This document shows positions 26,001 through 38,300 of a DNA stretch of 64,000 nt, piece after piece; the first letter of the stretch is position 1; each line of letters begins with the position of its first letter. A program made the position numbers and the translations under genes. Origin of the DNA: Antedon mediterranea. Its lineage: Eukaryota > Animalia > Echinodermata. The DNA is taken from the NCBI RefSeq assembly GCF_964355755.1, contig NC_092675.1, positions 22,044,912 to 22,108,911 on the forward strand, given 5' to 3'. The notes beneath the pieces were generated by a model. That model made no database searches, was not told the origin of the DNA, and worked only from the letters and a program-made list of their open reading frames with translations.

Positions 26001-29000
26001 CTATTATCTCCCCTCTTGGGATTCTTTTAGTGGTATGGAAGGCAAAATTCGTCAAAAAATAATTGTTTCAGTATTTTGGAATGCAACATTTTTCTAAAAA
26101 AATTATTGATTCAGTATTATTGAAGGCAAAATTTGTCAAAAAAGTAACACCTTTCAAACAAATATATGGATCTTTCCGGTTATCATACTTAATTCTATCC
26201 ATATTCCATCCACAGCTCTTTCATTATTTTAGTTCTTTGTAAATATCATTGTATTACTAAAGTTTTTTAATTGGTTGTTTACTCAGAAAAGCATTCAACG
26301 TCGTCGTCCTATGTCATCACCAGTGTACACAAGTCATCTACTTGCTGAAGGTGGTAGAGCCCAGTCAGCTAAATCAACACAAGTTATCGGCCTAAGCCCC
26401 AGGAAAGTTGCACCAAGAAAACCACCTGCATTGGGTGAAAAAGTTTTACTAGGCCCGCAAAATATTGGTTTCATCATAGCATTACCAGAGGCAGATATTG
26501 CGTTGATACAAACGGAGAACAGACAAAGTAAGATCAATAAATCTAACCACAATAGGATGTAATTCTTCTAATTTTAAAAAGTTCCAACAATTAATATTGT
26601 TATCTTTGTTTACTTTTTTGAATATGATTATATAAATTTGAAAAAAAAAAGTTATATACTGTAGATTTTGAAGTATGCTCTCCAGAATTTCGTTTTGATT
26701 GAATAAAAAATACTTTGGTTATTCCAGCAAATGGTGGTTCAACTCTTTATAAGTTGGAGAACAATGATGATTTCTACTCCTATGTTGATATGACAATAAT
26801 GTTCTTTGATAAGAAAATTGGTTGTTGGAAACCCAGAGGCACAGTTGGAGATAGGTAAACATCTTGAATTCATTCAAATGGTTTTTGTCTTTATTGTTCA
26901 AAATTGATAACTATAATACTGTTGATATAAAGTTTGCCGTACACCATGTATATTAGGAGGACGATCAAAGCATATTGATCGAAACGTCAAGAAATATATA
27001 ATAATATATAATATACGTGGTGTACCGCAAACTTTATATCAACATTTGATTTCGCCATGCAAACCTTCAAACAATATATAATACTGTTAAATAAAATACT
27101 ACTCCAATACTTACTTCCAACATGATTTGAACAGTAGGAACCAAAACCATTGCCAAATTTAGTGTGAATTGATCTTAACACTGCTGTTTATTTTCAGAGT
27201 TACTATGAAAGGTGCAGGTGATGAGATTATGCCATCAAATCCACCAAGTAGTCCTGAATCTGCCAGAACCCCAAAGGGGTCTCATGTGTGCTTAGTCGTT
27301 AACACAGAGACACAGGTATATTTAAATATTAACTTACATTACAGCATATTTATATACATTTTTATCTCTGTCTATCGGTCAAATGGTATTTTATCTTTTT
27401 CGTCATAGAGCAATAGAGCATGCATTGCACTTCTGTGCCCAGTTTTTTCCAAATGTTAATATGTTATCAAACAATTATCTCTTTTTTTGTCGTATTTTAT
27501 TTTGTTGCTGCCATTTTTCACCAGCAAAACACGACTTCAGACAACTTGACAAGTTCTTCTTGCACAAGTGAAATCTATTCAATGTATGAACCTGAGGAAA
27601 GTAGCAAGCAAGACAACCAGCAAGTTGCACTAAATGAAGAAGCTGATTATGCAAACAGTGCCCTTTATGACTGTGTCACAAATGCAGTTGCAACATTTAA
27701 TAAACCTAATGCTGAGGTAACAATCTGTAGTAACTACTATTACTCTCAATCAAGGGATGGTCACTTGTAATGCTCTATCTATACACTACCAAACCAGTTT
27801 AACAAAAAAATGTGATGTACCCAAATATGGTGATATGACATCATCATGTCCATATATAGGCACATCAAATGTTGTTGTCACATAAAGTTGTGTAGACAGA
27901 GCTTTAGATGGGAAAACTTTTAGATATTTGTTTAAGTATTTTTATTTATTTATTGTTTTATTCAACTTCTCACTAACTCAGTTAGTGAAGGAACTGGACC
28001 AACAGGTGGTAAACACCTCTAAAACGGCCCAGTCCCAATTTGCACAGTGGCTGTGTGTGACAGTGGCTGTGTTTGTGTGGACTAGTACACCGGGGTAACC
28101 CCCTACTCATCTCGAAAGATGTACTAGGTTCTTTAAAGTGCGCATGAGCTAGATGTGTACACTGGACCTACGGTTTATAGTCTTTATTCAAGAAGACTCG
28201 TTCTACCACCAGAACCATGGAGTGAGCCTCGAACCCTTGCTGATGTTATGGCTACGTGATTACGGTTCCACTGTCTTAACCGCTCGGCCACTCACTCACT
28301 GTTTTAGTGTTTCAGTAGCAATTCAAGTAAACAACCAATGTGCATACCATCCTCTGTTTCATTGATGTCATGATTTTCTCGACCTATCATGACATATTTT
28401 GTCCATTCTTAAAAATCAACACAACATCCCAGAAATATATACAAACTTAACCACTGAATAAATTTCTTTTTTTTTAAATGTACAATATGTTTGTATTGAA
28501 ACCACACACATTGTATTGCTTTTTGTAGAAAGATGATGTGTTTGAAGATACAAAAAGGTAAGAATACTTTTTATGGTACAATGTGGATCCTGTGTAGGTT
28601 GGTGGTGTTATGATATTTTTTTTTGCATTATGATTTCTTGTATGAAAATCTTAAAATATTTTATGTTTGAATAATGAGAAGTACAGTATTCTTCCATGCT
28701 TGTATAAAATCTTACACACTGATTCTTGGTTATAATTATACCCATCAACTAATTGTGTTTTCTCTTCAAGGATGGTGGAATCATACCTGACTATTATAAA
28801 TACTTCTAAGTTCAAAAGTTTCCTAACAAAAATGCTTTTCTACTTTTACTTTAAGAAACCTGTTTTTTTTGGACGAATGTCTGATTTCAGTAGAGTTAAT
28901 TGTATTTGTATTTCATAGTTCTTGCCTTATATTAATTAGAATTTACTGTATCTGATTATTTTGTTCTATTTATTTATTAAATTATTGGCATACATACCAT

Positions 29001-32000
29001 TATTTTGTTTACGTAGTTTACAGAATATTGGTTGTCGACAATGCATGTTGTCAAAATGTTTTGATTGTAAACCTGATGTAACAGTTTCTGAATGCAGGAC
29101 TCCTGACAACAGGTAGAAAAGCCATATTTCAGATTAATAGAACTGTTAATATTGAGTAAATTCTATTGGTCGAATAAGCTTTTTGTTCTCTAACCATAAC
29201 ACACACAAATTCAAATAAAAACACAAAACCGTTTGGTTCTGATGAACAAATGAATAAAGCAGTGACAATAACCATTACCACAGTTTTTTTTAATGTATGG
29301 TAGAAAGTTGAAAGCATGGCTCATGCTACAACAATACAGTAATTGCTTTTAAATCGAACTGTCCGGGTGTATAAATAATTAAATGGCTGACAAAAATGTG
29401 TTCAAGAATCAAAATTTAACCAAAACATTTTATTGAAAGATGACTTCAAGACCAATATGACCATAAAGAATGATTGTACTTGTACTGTATAAATGTAGAT
29501 ACAAAATTTTGTTCATCAGTTTGACAATTGTAATACTGTAGTTTTATTTCTTTCATACGGCCTCGTGGAAGAACACATTTTGTTGTGCACGAGCCTCCGT
29601 TTTAAAATAAAGATTTTATTATTATTATCAAGGAAACACTTATTTTTCAGTGAGAAGATGTTTTCAGGAGCTAATGCGCACTTGACTGTTGACCTTCAAC
29701 TTGATGGTGAGCATACTAAAACACAAGTAGAAAGAATTGAAATGTGGAACAGATCTGTTCAAAACTACAAACCAAAGAAACGTGCAAATAGTGCATGTGA
29801 GTAAACCATGGTTAATAGCAGCGTCAAAAAATATTGGAATAAGTAACAGGGTGCTATGAGCTTTTTATATAGTTCTGTATGACAAAACACTGTAATGTCC
29901 ACTGTGAATGAATACAGTGCGAATTGAGTTCCTGTGTTTGAACTTTGTGTCCAGTCCAAAGTAGGCTATTGCAGGTATAAACAAAACCTGAATCTTCTTT
30001 ATTGATATGCAGACATTCTACCATTAGACAACTGGAACTATCATGGCATGGTTCAAATTTGATTTGATAACTCTTAAACAACCTTGGCGTGACACGATAA
30101 TCAAATTCATACTGTATATACTTTTTTTTAGTTGCACGATGTTCATCAATGTCAAAATCTGCTAGCCCTGTGATGATTCAGATGGGGAATAGTTGGCTGG
30201 CTGGAGGTCGTGACCTACATTACATCACTAAAATGACAAATAGAATGAAGCTATCGAGTCATACACCAGGCTGGAAGCAAGGCTTACAAAATCGTCCTTC
30301 GTCTTCAAAATCTCTTGTTTATAGACCGCAAAGGTAGTTGTTATTTTATTCTGGAATAAATTATTACAACCATAATGATTACTGATAGTTTTTTTGTAGC
30401 AAACATAATTGAGCTATTGGTCACTTTGGAGATCCTGCCTTGTGAATTAATATACAATATAAGATGATTTATTTCATCTTTTTATTTTGTACAATTGAGA
30501 ACTATCACTGTTGCGCCATACCACGCTGTGTTGCTATCCTACCAGATTTGAACCAAACCATGAAAGCCCCATGGTCTAATTGTACAGTGTCTGCATATTA
30601 AGCAGAAGATTCTAGGTTTGAATCTCGGCATTTACTTTTCACTAATTTAATTTATCAATTTCTATTATATCACTTAGTCTGAAGATTTCCTGATGCGTGT
30701 CAAATGTGGATACACACTACTGTAGGCCTATATATTATATATGTATAATATTTTATGTATTATATTATATGATATATTACTTGCACTGATGAAGGCTAGT
30801 ATTGCCCAAAAGCTCTGCTAACTTTTCTGGCTGTTTTACTTTTATCGTTTTGATCGAGCTTTTCGCTTTTTTTTTTGTATCTCCATTGAGATCCAGCCAC
30901 TGATACCCACAGCATTGTCATTTTTTCAGTATTTTGCCGTTGGATTTATATATAATATAATATATTTATTCTCTAGTTTATATTTATTTATTTACAGAGT
31001 ACAAAACAAAGTCAGAAATGTCAGGTCTGCTTGTCCGCGACTGGAACAAGTTTCAAGTAAGATTTATACGAAAATATTAAAGACACAAGACCTACGTTTT
31101 TTCGACCTAATTTAAGCTCACATACTACATTTTATGTTAAAGTAAATACTATATGAACATATTGTGATAATTTTTGTCATCTCTAAACAGTTAAAAATAA
31201 AGCGATTCTAATAATTATAGCGGCTCACTATAAATCCCAACATGCATTGCACGCGGATTGATATTTTCATATTGTGATTTGATACACCCACTTTGATTGA
31301 TCACATGAAAGGTAAACAAATAAAATAACAAAATTATTAAATTAAAATAATAAAATAACCGTAAATTTTCAGCGACAATACCAAGTCTTCCCTAATATGT
31401 ATTTTGCCAAAAAGTGAAAGACAAATTTAGCAACAAGACAACGTCAGGCTAGGCCTACAGCTAGCGTACAATGTTTTTATGTTACCGCTATTTACCAGCT
31501 ATGCCTACAAAACTGAGTCTAGCTAAACTAGCCTAAGAGTGGACATTCTGGACGAGTGGACATTCTACGAGAGCCATATGTATAGTGCATTATTTCTCTC
31601 TTTTTATCATAATTTACCATAAAACGTACATTTAAGACAAGGAATGACCTGGTTTAAGCAGTATATATGCATTATTTTCACAAAACGTCAAAAATTGTAG
31701 GTCTAGTGTCTTTAATTTTCAGAAATATTGGAAATAACTAACGAATGGCATACAAACAATGAATATTTGTATGAGTTTATGAGACATTATCACTTCTGCC
31801 ATGAGTTCTAACTTTACAATCATTAACATACATGATTAAATTCAGTTTACTATCTTATTACAGGGCCATCGCCAGCCTCATCAGTAAAAGATGGAGAAGA
31901 GTCATTGCATTATATGTACCATCAGTTTAATACTCAACGAGCTATAACACCTCCATCATACCAAGGTCAGGCCTGCCCTCCATCTCCCCTTAATATGACA

Positions 32001-32009
32001 ATAAAATAA
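20099..32009 (+). CDS. Leucine-rich-repeat protein (N-terminal SDS22-like LRRs + LRRcap, helical middle, low-complexity C-terminus), about 915 aa; apparent frameshift in exon 6
   Basis: 23 exons: 20099-20116, 20551-20620, 21034-21161, 21315-21471, 21790-21852, 22629-22683, 22987-23064, 23242-23369, 23816-23989, 24545-24647, 24991-25103, 25348-25528, 25708-25833, 26287-26527, 26728-26854, 27198-27315, 27525-27716, 28529-28557, 29017-29112, 29651-29796, 30132-30333, 30998-31056, 31864-32009 (TAA). LRRs: LQSLNLRNNYI, LWNIDLANNRI, LGCLNLSNNSL, LDVYLHGN. LRRcap: YRIHVIDVLPNIWTLDG. All junctions are phase-consistent except exon 6. The 3' exons are less certain. Confidence 0.75.
22050..22518 (-). 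mobile_element. Chimeric SINE: 5S-rRNA-derived head + tRNA-derived segment + Deu-domain-like body
   Basis: The minus strand reads ggaagttaagcaacgttgggcctggtgg...tggatagaagaccgtctagaaatatc...gggtgctgta (5S-like, 22518-22445). It continues with tggtgtaatgg (A box)...ggttcgagg (B box), then ccttaggcaag...gcacgttaatgaac...cgaaaagagtaaggg (Deu-like). The 3' boundary is approximate. Confidence 0.7.
24258..24349. mobile_element. Short MITE, family copy 1 (internally deleted)
   Basis: Termini aaactctgtcgacac...gatagatagagctt, TA-flanked; the internal ccatatttgg/gatgacatcat segments match the copy at 27770 in opposite orientation. Confidence 0.5.
26030..26145. repeat. Degenerate ~44-bp tandem repeat (about 3 copies)
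   Basis: gaaggcaaaatt(c/t)gtcaaaaaa and ttcagtatt recur. Confidence 0.45.
26920..27044. mobile_element. Inverted-repeat (MITE/foldback-like) element
   Basis: 36-bp arms tgttgatataaagtttgccgtacaccatgtatatta (26920-26955) and taatatacgtggtgtaccgcaaactttatatcaaca (27009-27044), with few mismatches. Confidence 0.7.
27770..27904. mobile_element. Short MITE, family copy 2
   Basis: atgctctatctatacact...tgtgtagacagagctt terminal inverted repeats, TA-flanked; related to the 24258-24349 copy. Confidence 0.55.
27980..28298 (-). mobile_element. tRNA-derived SINE with Deu-like body
   Basis: Minus strand has A box tggccgagcgg and B box ggttcgaggc, then gcactttaaagaacc...cgagatgagtagggggttaccccggtg, similar to the body of the 22050-22518 element. 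Confidence 0.7.
30568..30630 (+). mobile_element. Degenerate tRNA-derived SINE head
   Basis: tggtctaattg (A-box-like) and ggtttgaatctc (B-box-like) at tRNA spacing; no intact cloverleaf. Confidence 0.35.
30781..30821 (+). ncRNA. Decayed minimal hammerhead ribozyme motif (Penelope-like retroelement remnant)
   Basis: ttgca-CTGATGA-aggc-tagtatt-gcc-c-aAAA-gctc-tgc(t)aa; the GAAA core reads AAAA. Confidence 0.45.
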
Positions 32010-32595
32010 TAATACAGGACAGAGGAAACCTATAAATATATATCGACTTTTTCTCATTCTCACAGATTTCCTCATCTTTATTGTTTTAAATTAATTAAAT
32101 TTCAGTATGTATTCTGTGCCTGTGGTGTTTATATAATAATAATAATAATAATTTAGGTATTTGTGTAGCATATATATATATATTACATAGCCTATGTAAA
32201 TACGCGAACGTTATTGGTTGAAACTGCATCACATGACTACCACTGCGAGGATCGTAAATCATATATATCCTCGAGAACGATGATATTGACTGAGTATTTT
32301 TCGCGTAATTATCGTGTCCCCTGTCATTAATCATATAAATTCTCGAGTACGATGATATTGACTGTGTAAATTTTGTGTGGCAACACTCACGTTTGCCAAT
32401 AAATAAACAAAAGTCATCTACTGGGTCTTGAACTCGCGATGAAATTGTCACTCCATCACAAGACAACGCTTCATGCGCTGCATTAAACTATTTAAACTAT
32501 GCATACATAGTGCCCTCATTTATTTTTAGTCCTCCCTAAAGGAGGCCTAGCCTAGCTACCCGACCCAGCAGATATTCTACTTGTTGTTGGCTATG

Positions 32596-32765
32596 TAATA
32601 TAACAGATATCGCCTTTTATATCGGTAAAATATAAGATTAGACATCCCCTCGGGAATGATATTAAGTTCTTGGGAATTATATATTCCCTCGAACATAATA
32701 TCATTCCCTCGGGGATGTCAAATCTTATATTTAACCTCTAAGCAGTCAATATCTGTATAATATAT
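32596..32765. mobile_element. Palindromic MITE-like element
   Basis: acagatat...aaatataagattagacatcccc..gggaatgatatta versus taatatcattccc..ggggatgtcaaatcttatattt...atatctgt; folds as one long hairpin. Confidence 0.7.
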
Positions 32766-33399
32766 ATATGTACTATAAAGAATTGGGGAAATATTTTTAA
32801 CACTAATGGCCAACCCCTATTCAGTGAGCACGCTATTAAAGGGACACTTTGTTGAATCTTATACTTATATATAATAAAGTTTCAATATGTTAAGGTTCAA
32901 AGCTGTGTACTTCAAAAAACCGTTGAAAGCTAGTGGCTAATTACAGCAGATAAAAGAAAATACTAAATTCACTACAGTAAAGTATTGTAAGTAAGTAAGT
33001 ATAAGTAAGTAAAGATAAAAAAGTTTCCAAAGTGAGTTAACAAAGGGATGAAAGGATGCTTTAAATGCCACAGTAGGAGCAAATGGAATATTAAAGGTAT
33101 CTAAGTAATGAAAACAAGCAGATCAACATTTAGATTGAACTTAAATATCTGGAAGAATAAAATGAAAAACCAAGCCAAACTGAAAACAGTTACAATAACA
33201 GTTTTAAGTATGAGCGATATTCGTTTAATAAAGAGAATAAATTAGATTTCAGAGAGAGATATAAATTGTTTTCCATGATTTACAAATTTTGAAAATATAG
33301 GATGCCTAAATGCGTTGTTTTTTTCTTCCTGAAGTAAGGTAGAAATTATGAAAAGTGCATAGACATAATTGTTTTCTACAGTATGTTAAAAACCTGTTT

Positions 33400-34725
33400 A
33401 AATAGTACAGAGATTTTTTGGCAAATTTACCCAAAATATGGACTTTTTAAAATGCAGTTATTATTCACTACCATTGCAATACATGTCCGTATATTGCCAT
33501 ATTACATCATATGGTGCCATAGAACCACTTTATGTTGAGAAATAAAATCATCCAAATTTGCCCATTTTTCAACAAATTCCCTGTACTATATTACTGGGAT
33601 TTTTGGCAAATTCACCCAAAATATGAACTTTTTAACTTAAATGCAGTTATTATGCACTAACATTTCAATACATGTCCATATATTGCCGTATTACATCATA
33701 TGGTGCCATAGAACCACTTTATATCGAGAAATAAAATCATCCAAATTTGCCTATTTTTCGACAAAATCCCTGTACTATAGTACAGGGATTTTTTTGCAAA
33801 TTCACCCAAAATATGAACTTTTTAAAATGCAGTTATTATTCACTAACATTGCAATACATGTCCATATATTGCCGTATTACATCATATGGTGCCATAGAAC
33901 CACTTTATGTTGAGAAATAAAATCATCCAAATTTACCTATTTTTCGACAAAATCCCTGTGCAGGGATTTTGTGTAAATTTACCCAAAATATGGACTTTTT
34001 AAAATGCAGTTATTATTCACTAACATTGCAATACATGTCCGTATATTGCCGTATTACATCATATGGTGCCATAGAATCACTTTATATTGAGAAATAAAAT
34101 CATTCAAATTTACGTATTTATTGACAAAATCCCTGTACTATAGTAAAGGGATTTTTTTGCAAATTCTCCCAAAATATGAATTTTTAAAATGCAGTTATTA
34201 TTCACTAATATTGCAATACATGTCCGTATATTGCCATATTACATCATATGGTGCCACAGAACCACTTTAAGTTGCGAAAGAAAATGGTACAATTTGCCCA
34301 TTTTGCCACAAAATTCCTGTACTATATAGTACTGGGATTTTTCTGCAAATTCAACAAAAAAAAGGAACTTTAAAATGCAGTTATTATGCACTAAAGCTTG
34401 GTTCCCACTAGAACGTAACGCAAGGACGTAAACGCAACGCAAGCGTTTTAACCAATCACAAGCGAATAAGCCATCGCTTGTGATTGGTCAATTCACTTGC
34501 GTTACGTCCTTGTGTTGCGTCGCTAGTGGGAACCACGCTTAACATTACAATACATGTCCGTATATTGCTGTATTACACCATTATGGTGCCATAGAACCAT
34601 TTTATGTTGAGAAATAAAATTATCCAAATTTGACCAATTTTCGATAAAATTCCTGTACTAATAGTACAGGAATTTTGTGCAAATTCACCCACTATATGGA
34701 ATTTTGTGCAAATTCACCCACAATA
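33400..34725. repeat. ~186-bp tandem repeat array (about 6 full units)
   Basis: Unit marker gcaaatt(c/t)acccaaaatatg at about 33421, 33607, 33796, 33973, 34159, 34345 and 34679; tacatcatatggtgccatagaaccacttta is conserved in each unit. Confidence 0.92.
34395..34539. mobile_element. 145-bp PIF/Harbinger (Tourist-type) MITE with TAA target-site duplication
   Basis: TIRs AGCTTGGTTCCCACTAG / CTAGTGGGAACCACGCT (16/17 match); TAA on both sides (34392-34394, 34540-34542); neighbouring repeat units show the empty site cacTAAcatt. Confidence 0.9.
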
Positions 34726-34974
34726 TGGAAAGAGGGATTTTGTGAAAAATAGCATTAAATAATATGTAGTCCTTTTCATCATCATCGTCATCATCATCTT
34801 TGTCGTCATGTGTGTTCATTTTCCAAATATTTCTGCGGTAATATTACAGAGGATTGAGGATAATAGGGTAAATGTAAACTGGTAAAATGATAAAGATAAT
34901 GCAAATTTAAGTCTATACATTAGTACCATCAAATAGAAGAAGTATAGGCTACTGTTAACTTTTATGTTGCAATA

Positions 34975-34980
34975 TTTATT
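34975..34980 (-). terminator. Candidate polyadenylation signal of the apoB-like gene
   Basis: AATAAA on the minus strand about 320 nt after the stop. Confidence 0.35.
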
Positions 34981-35302
34981 GGTCTAATCATAATATACAC
35001 ATTTTCAACCATACATATTATTGCTATTTTGCATTTTTTAGTGCATCAAATAACATTCAAATACAAGGAATAATATTGTTATGTAATACAATTAACTTTG
35101 CTTGATTGCATCTTTTTGTATTATAATACTGTACTGTAAAATATTTAATATAGTGTTCATAGAATTATTAGGTTTTTAGTGTGAATTGATTCTGCCGATT
35201 TAAAATCAAATTACTTTAGAAAATAACATTGTCTAATATCTTCTGTTATGTTGGGTTAGCTTTGGGTTTGTCGTGTAAATCATAATGCAGTGAGTTACAG
35301 AG

Positions 35303-38300
35303 TTATTCAGAAATGATTTCGCATTTAGATACAGCTCGGCCGTATACGTTTCTCTTGCACTCGCATTCTTTCATGTTTAAGTCGCTCTCTAGTGGTCTTT
35401 CAACTTGGTTACGGATACGCTTGGAACACAAGGTTATAACATCCTCGACTTCTCGTTGCAGTTGGTCAAGACTGAATACAGCGCCTATTATTAATACAAT
35501 TAACATATTAATTATACATATAAGCACATTGTAGAATTTGGATTATTGTTGTTGCAGTAAACAAAATCGTAAAGCTAAATTTCAAAACCTTTAATAGTAT
35601 TGTAAAAAGTGGTTTGTTATTTTAATTATTTTTTTTCTTTTAAACAACATTTTAGAAAAAGCAGTGGTATAAACTATGTTTATTGCATTAATTAATTAAA
35701 AGAGTATAATTACCTTTAGAGGCCTTGGCTACTTTAGAATAACTTCCTCTTGGCATATCTAACTTGGTTGAGATGTCTTTCTTACTCTTTGATGCCATGA
35801 TAGCCTTTCCATCCCAATTGATTCCAACGATGTTCTTGCTTGATTTCTCCTGCTTCAAGGTATCATAGGATGAGATTACATTCAGAGTGATGCCGTTGTC
35901 TGCCAGGAGTGATTGCATGGTCAACTGTTCTTCAATCTCAGCCTGAAAAGTATAATTTGTATAAGCCATAATTGTATAATTCTATTTCTTTTTTGGAATT
36001 TCTTGAATAAAACAATTTATCTTGAATAATAATAATAAAAATAAAAATAAATATGTAAATTTATTTGTAAACTTACATCAGTTTCACTGTCAGAAACCAG
36101 AACAAAGATCTTAGTAGCTTCTGCACGAAGTTCCAACTCTGTAGCGAATTCAATAGCTTTAAAACCATCAGTTTCATAATCACCAAAGAATTCTAGGCTT
36201 CGGGCTCCATTGATAAATTCGGAAGAGCTGGCAAAGACCTTTCCGTTGATTGTGTGCTGGTGTGGGCCTTCATGTATTTCTTCTCCTCCAAATGCAACAA
36301 GTGCATATCTGTTATCATTGATGTTGGCTTTACCTAAGGTTTTTTCAGTTGCCTCCACAAGTTGAGTCAACTCTTCAGCAATGTCATGGTCTTCTTCCAT
36401 TTTCTTGTTCTCCGAGACAATAAAGACAATATCAGCGGTGTTTTCGTTGGTGATCTCCCAGACTTCTCCGATGACCTTATCACCACATTTATCTACATAA
36501 AAAAGTAAATATATAATACAGCAACTAAAAAAATTACTGCTCAAGGTACAGTATAATGGATTGAGAAAAAAAAATTGCATCAACTTGATTAGAAAGCATA
36601 TATTAAAAAGGAAGACTCACTGCATTGCTGGACATGCTCAATTTGTTTTCCATGGCTTCTGCACATTTCAACATATGAGGTGGTTGCATTACAGATGGCT
36701 TTACTGCTTTCTGGGTAGCACTTAGTTTCTTCCTCACAGAGTGATTTAAATTCAGCAACGTTGATAGTGTTAAAGCATTCAGCCAGAGGTGAAGCAGGAT
36801 CGTTGAAATAGAATTCACAATCTGTACTTGGTTCTTCAGAGCAGTCTCTTGGTCCCCGATTAAATATTTCATCTTTGCCTGGTACAATCTTGCATTGTTT
36901 GTTTCCACTTATTTCAAATGCGTTGGCAAATTCAGTCAATGTCTGAGCAACAGAACCATCTGGTTTGCGCATGTCAAAGTGCTTTTCATCATTAAGGGTT
37001 CCAAGAAGTCCTAGGGTCTTGTTGTAGTACCATCGGCTGGCATTGAAGAGGCACATTTGGTATAACGAATCGCATTTGATATCAATACCATATGTAGTTG
37101 AAATCTGTACCCATTGTCCATTTCTAACGATTGTCACTTCTTTGCCAGATGACTGGTATGGAAGCTCCTGGATCTCTTCTCTGCCATTAATTTGAATCTT
37201 GTTCTCGCCATTGAGTTTGATGCTCATTTCCTGGAGTACAAGGGTAATGGAGTTTTGAGTGCTGATGATGGTGAAGTTTCGGTCAACGAAATCACTTGCC
37301 AATACGTATGAACACTCCTCTCCTTTGTATCCTGGGAACTCGTATCTCTTCTGGTCGAATGTGTATACATGAAGTGGTCCAAAAATCATAGCAGTGCCTA
37401 TGAAAACATAAATTTAATGCGACATGAAGAACAACCTAATATTAATTGTGTTTTAATACAGTAAACAATACAATTATTATTACTACAATATTATAAAAAT
37501 ATAATTTAAAAAATTAAACACTTACTTTGGAATTGGGGAATGAAGTCTCTAATTGTTGGGATCTTTGGCAATTGAGGCAGCTGAGGATACTCAAAATTGC
37601 CGATCATGTCTTCCAAGTATTTGATTGCTTTTTTAATGTACGCAATAATTTCTGGTAGGTTTTCTTTGATGTAATCAGGTGTAAGGTCTTTGATACGAGA
37701 TGCCAATTCTTCCAATCTTTCAGTGATTTCTGGAATTTTCTCCTTAATCTTTTCGATCAATTCAAGTGCCTTGACAATCATTTCATCGAACTTTTCATAC
37801 ATATTACTTATAAGCTTGTTAAGATGTTCTTTCCAGTTTGGAAGCTCAGCCTTGATTATATCAACTATTTTTTTGTAGTTTTCTTTTAAATCTTTCTGCC
37901 ATTTCTCAAGTTTGGTTTTGACAACTTTAATAATCTCATCAATCTTCTTCTCAACACGAGGCTTTAGCTCATAGTATTTGTCTTTAAGATCTTCATATAC
38001 GGCAACTGCATCTTCAGAAAGCTGACTACATTTTTCAACAACCTGTTCCTGAAGAATCTTCATTCCCTCAATGGTGATATTGTAAGCTCTCTTTATGTTT
38101 TGTCTTACATTAGGGGCTTCACGTAAAAAGATGGCGTATGCATCTTTACATTCTTGAACAGCTATGGGATAATACTCTTCAACTTTGACCTTCAATTCAT
38201 CATATTTCAGTTCAGCTTTCTTTTTAATCTCATCATATACTTCTTTGGTTTCAGCAATTACTTGTTCAACCTTTTCTTTCAACTCTTCATATTTGTTTTC

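Noticed and set aside
28220-28298. tRNA gene
   Set aside because: A and B boxes are present, but there is no proper cloverleaf and the sequence continues into a SINE body.
33641-34442. ORFs of 90 aa and 67 aa in the tandem array
   Set aside because: Incidental frames through the 186-bp repeat and MITE; other units contain stops.
33400-34725. Regularly spaced repeats as a possible CRISPR-like array
   Set aside because: Whole units are repeated with no unique spacers, the context is eukaryotic and there are no cas genes.
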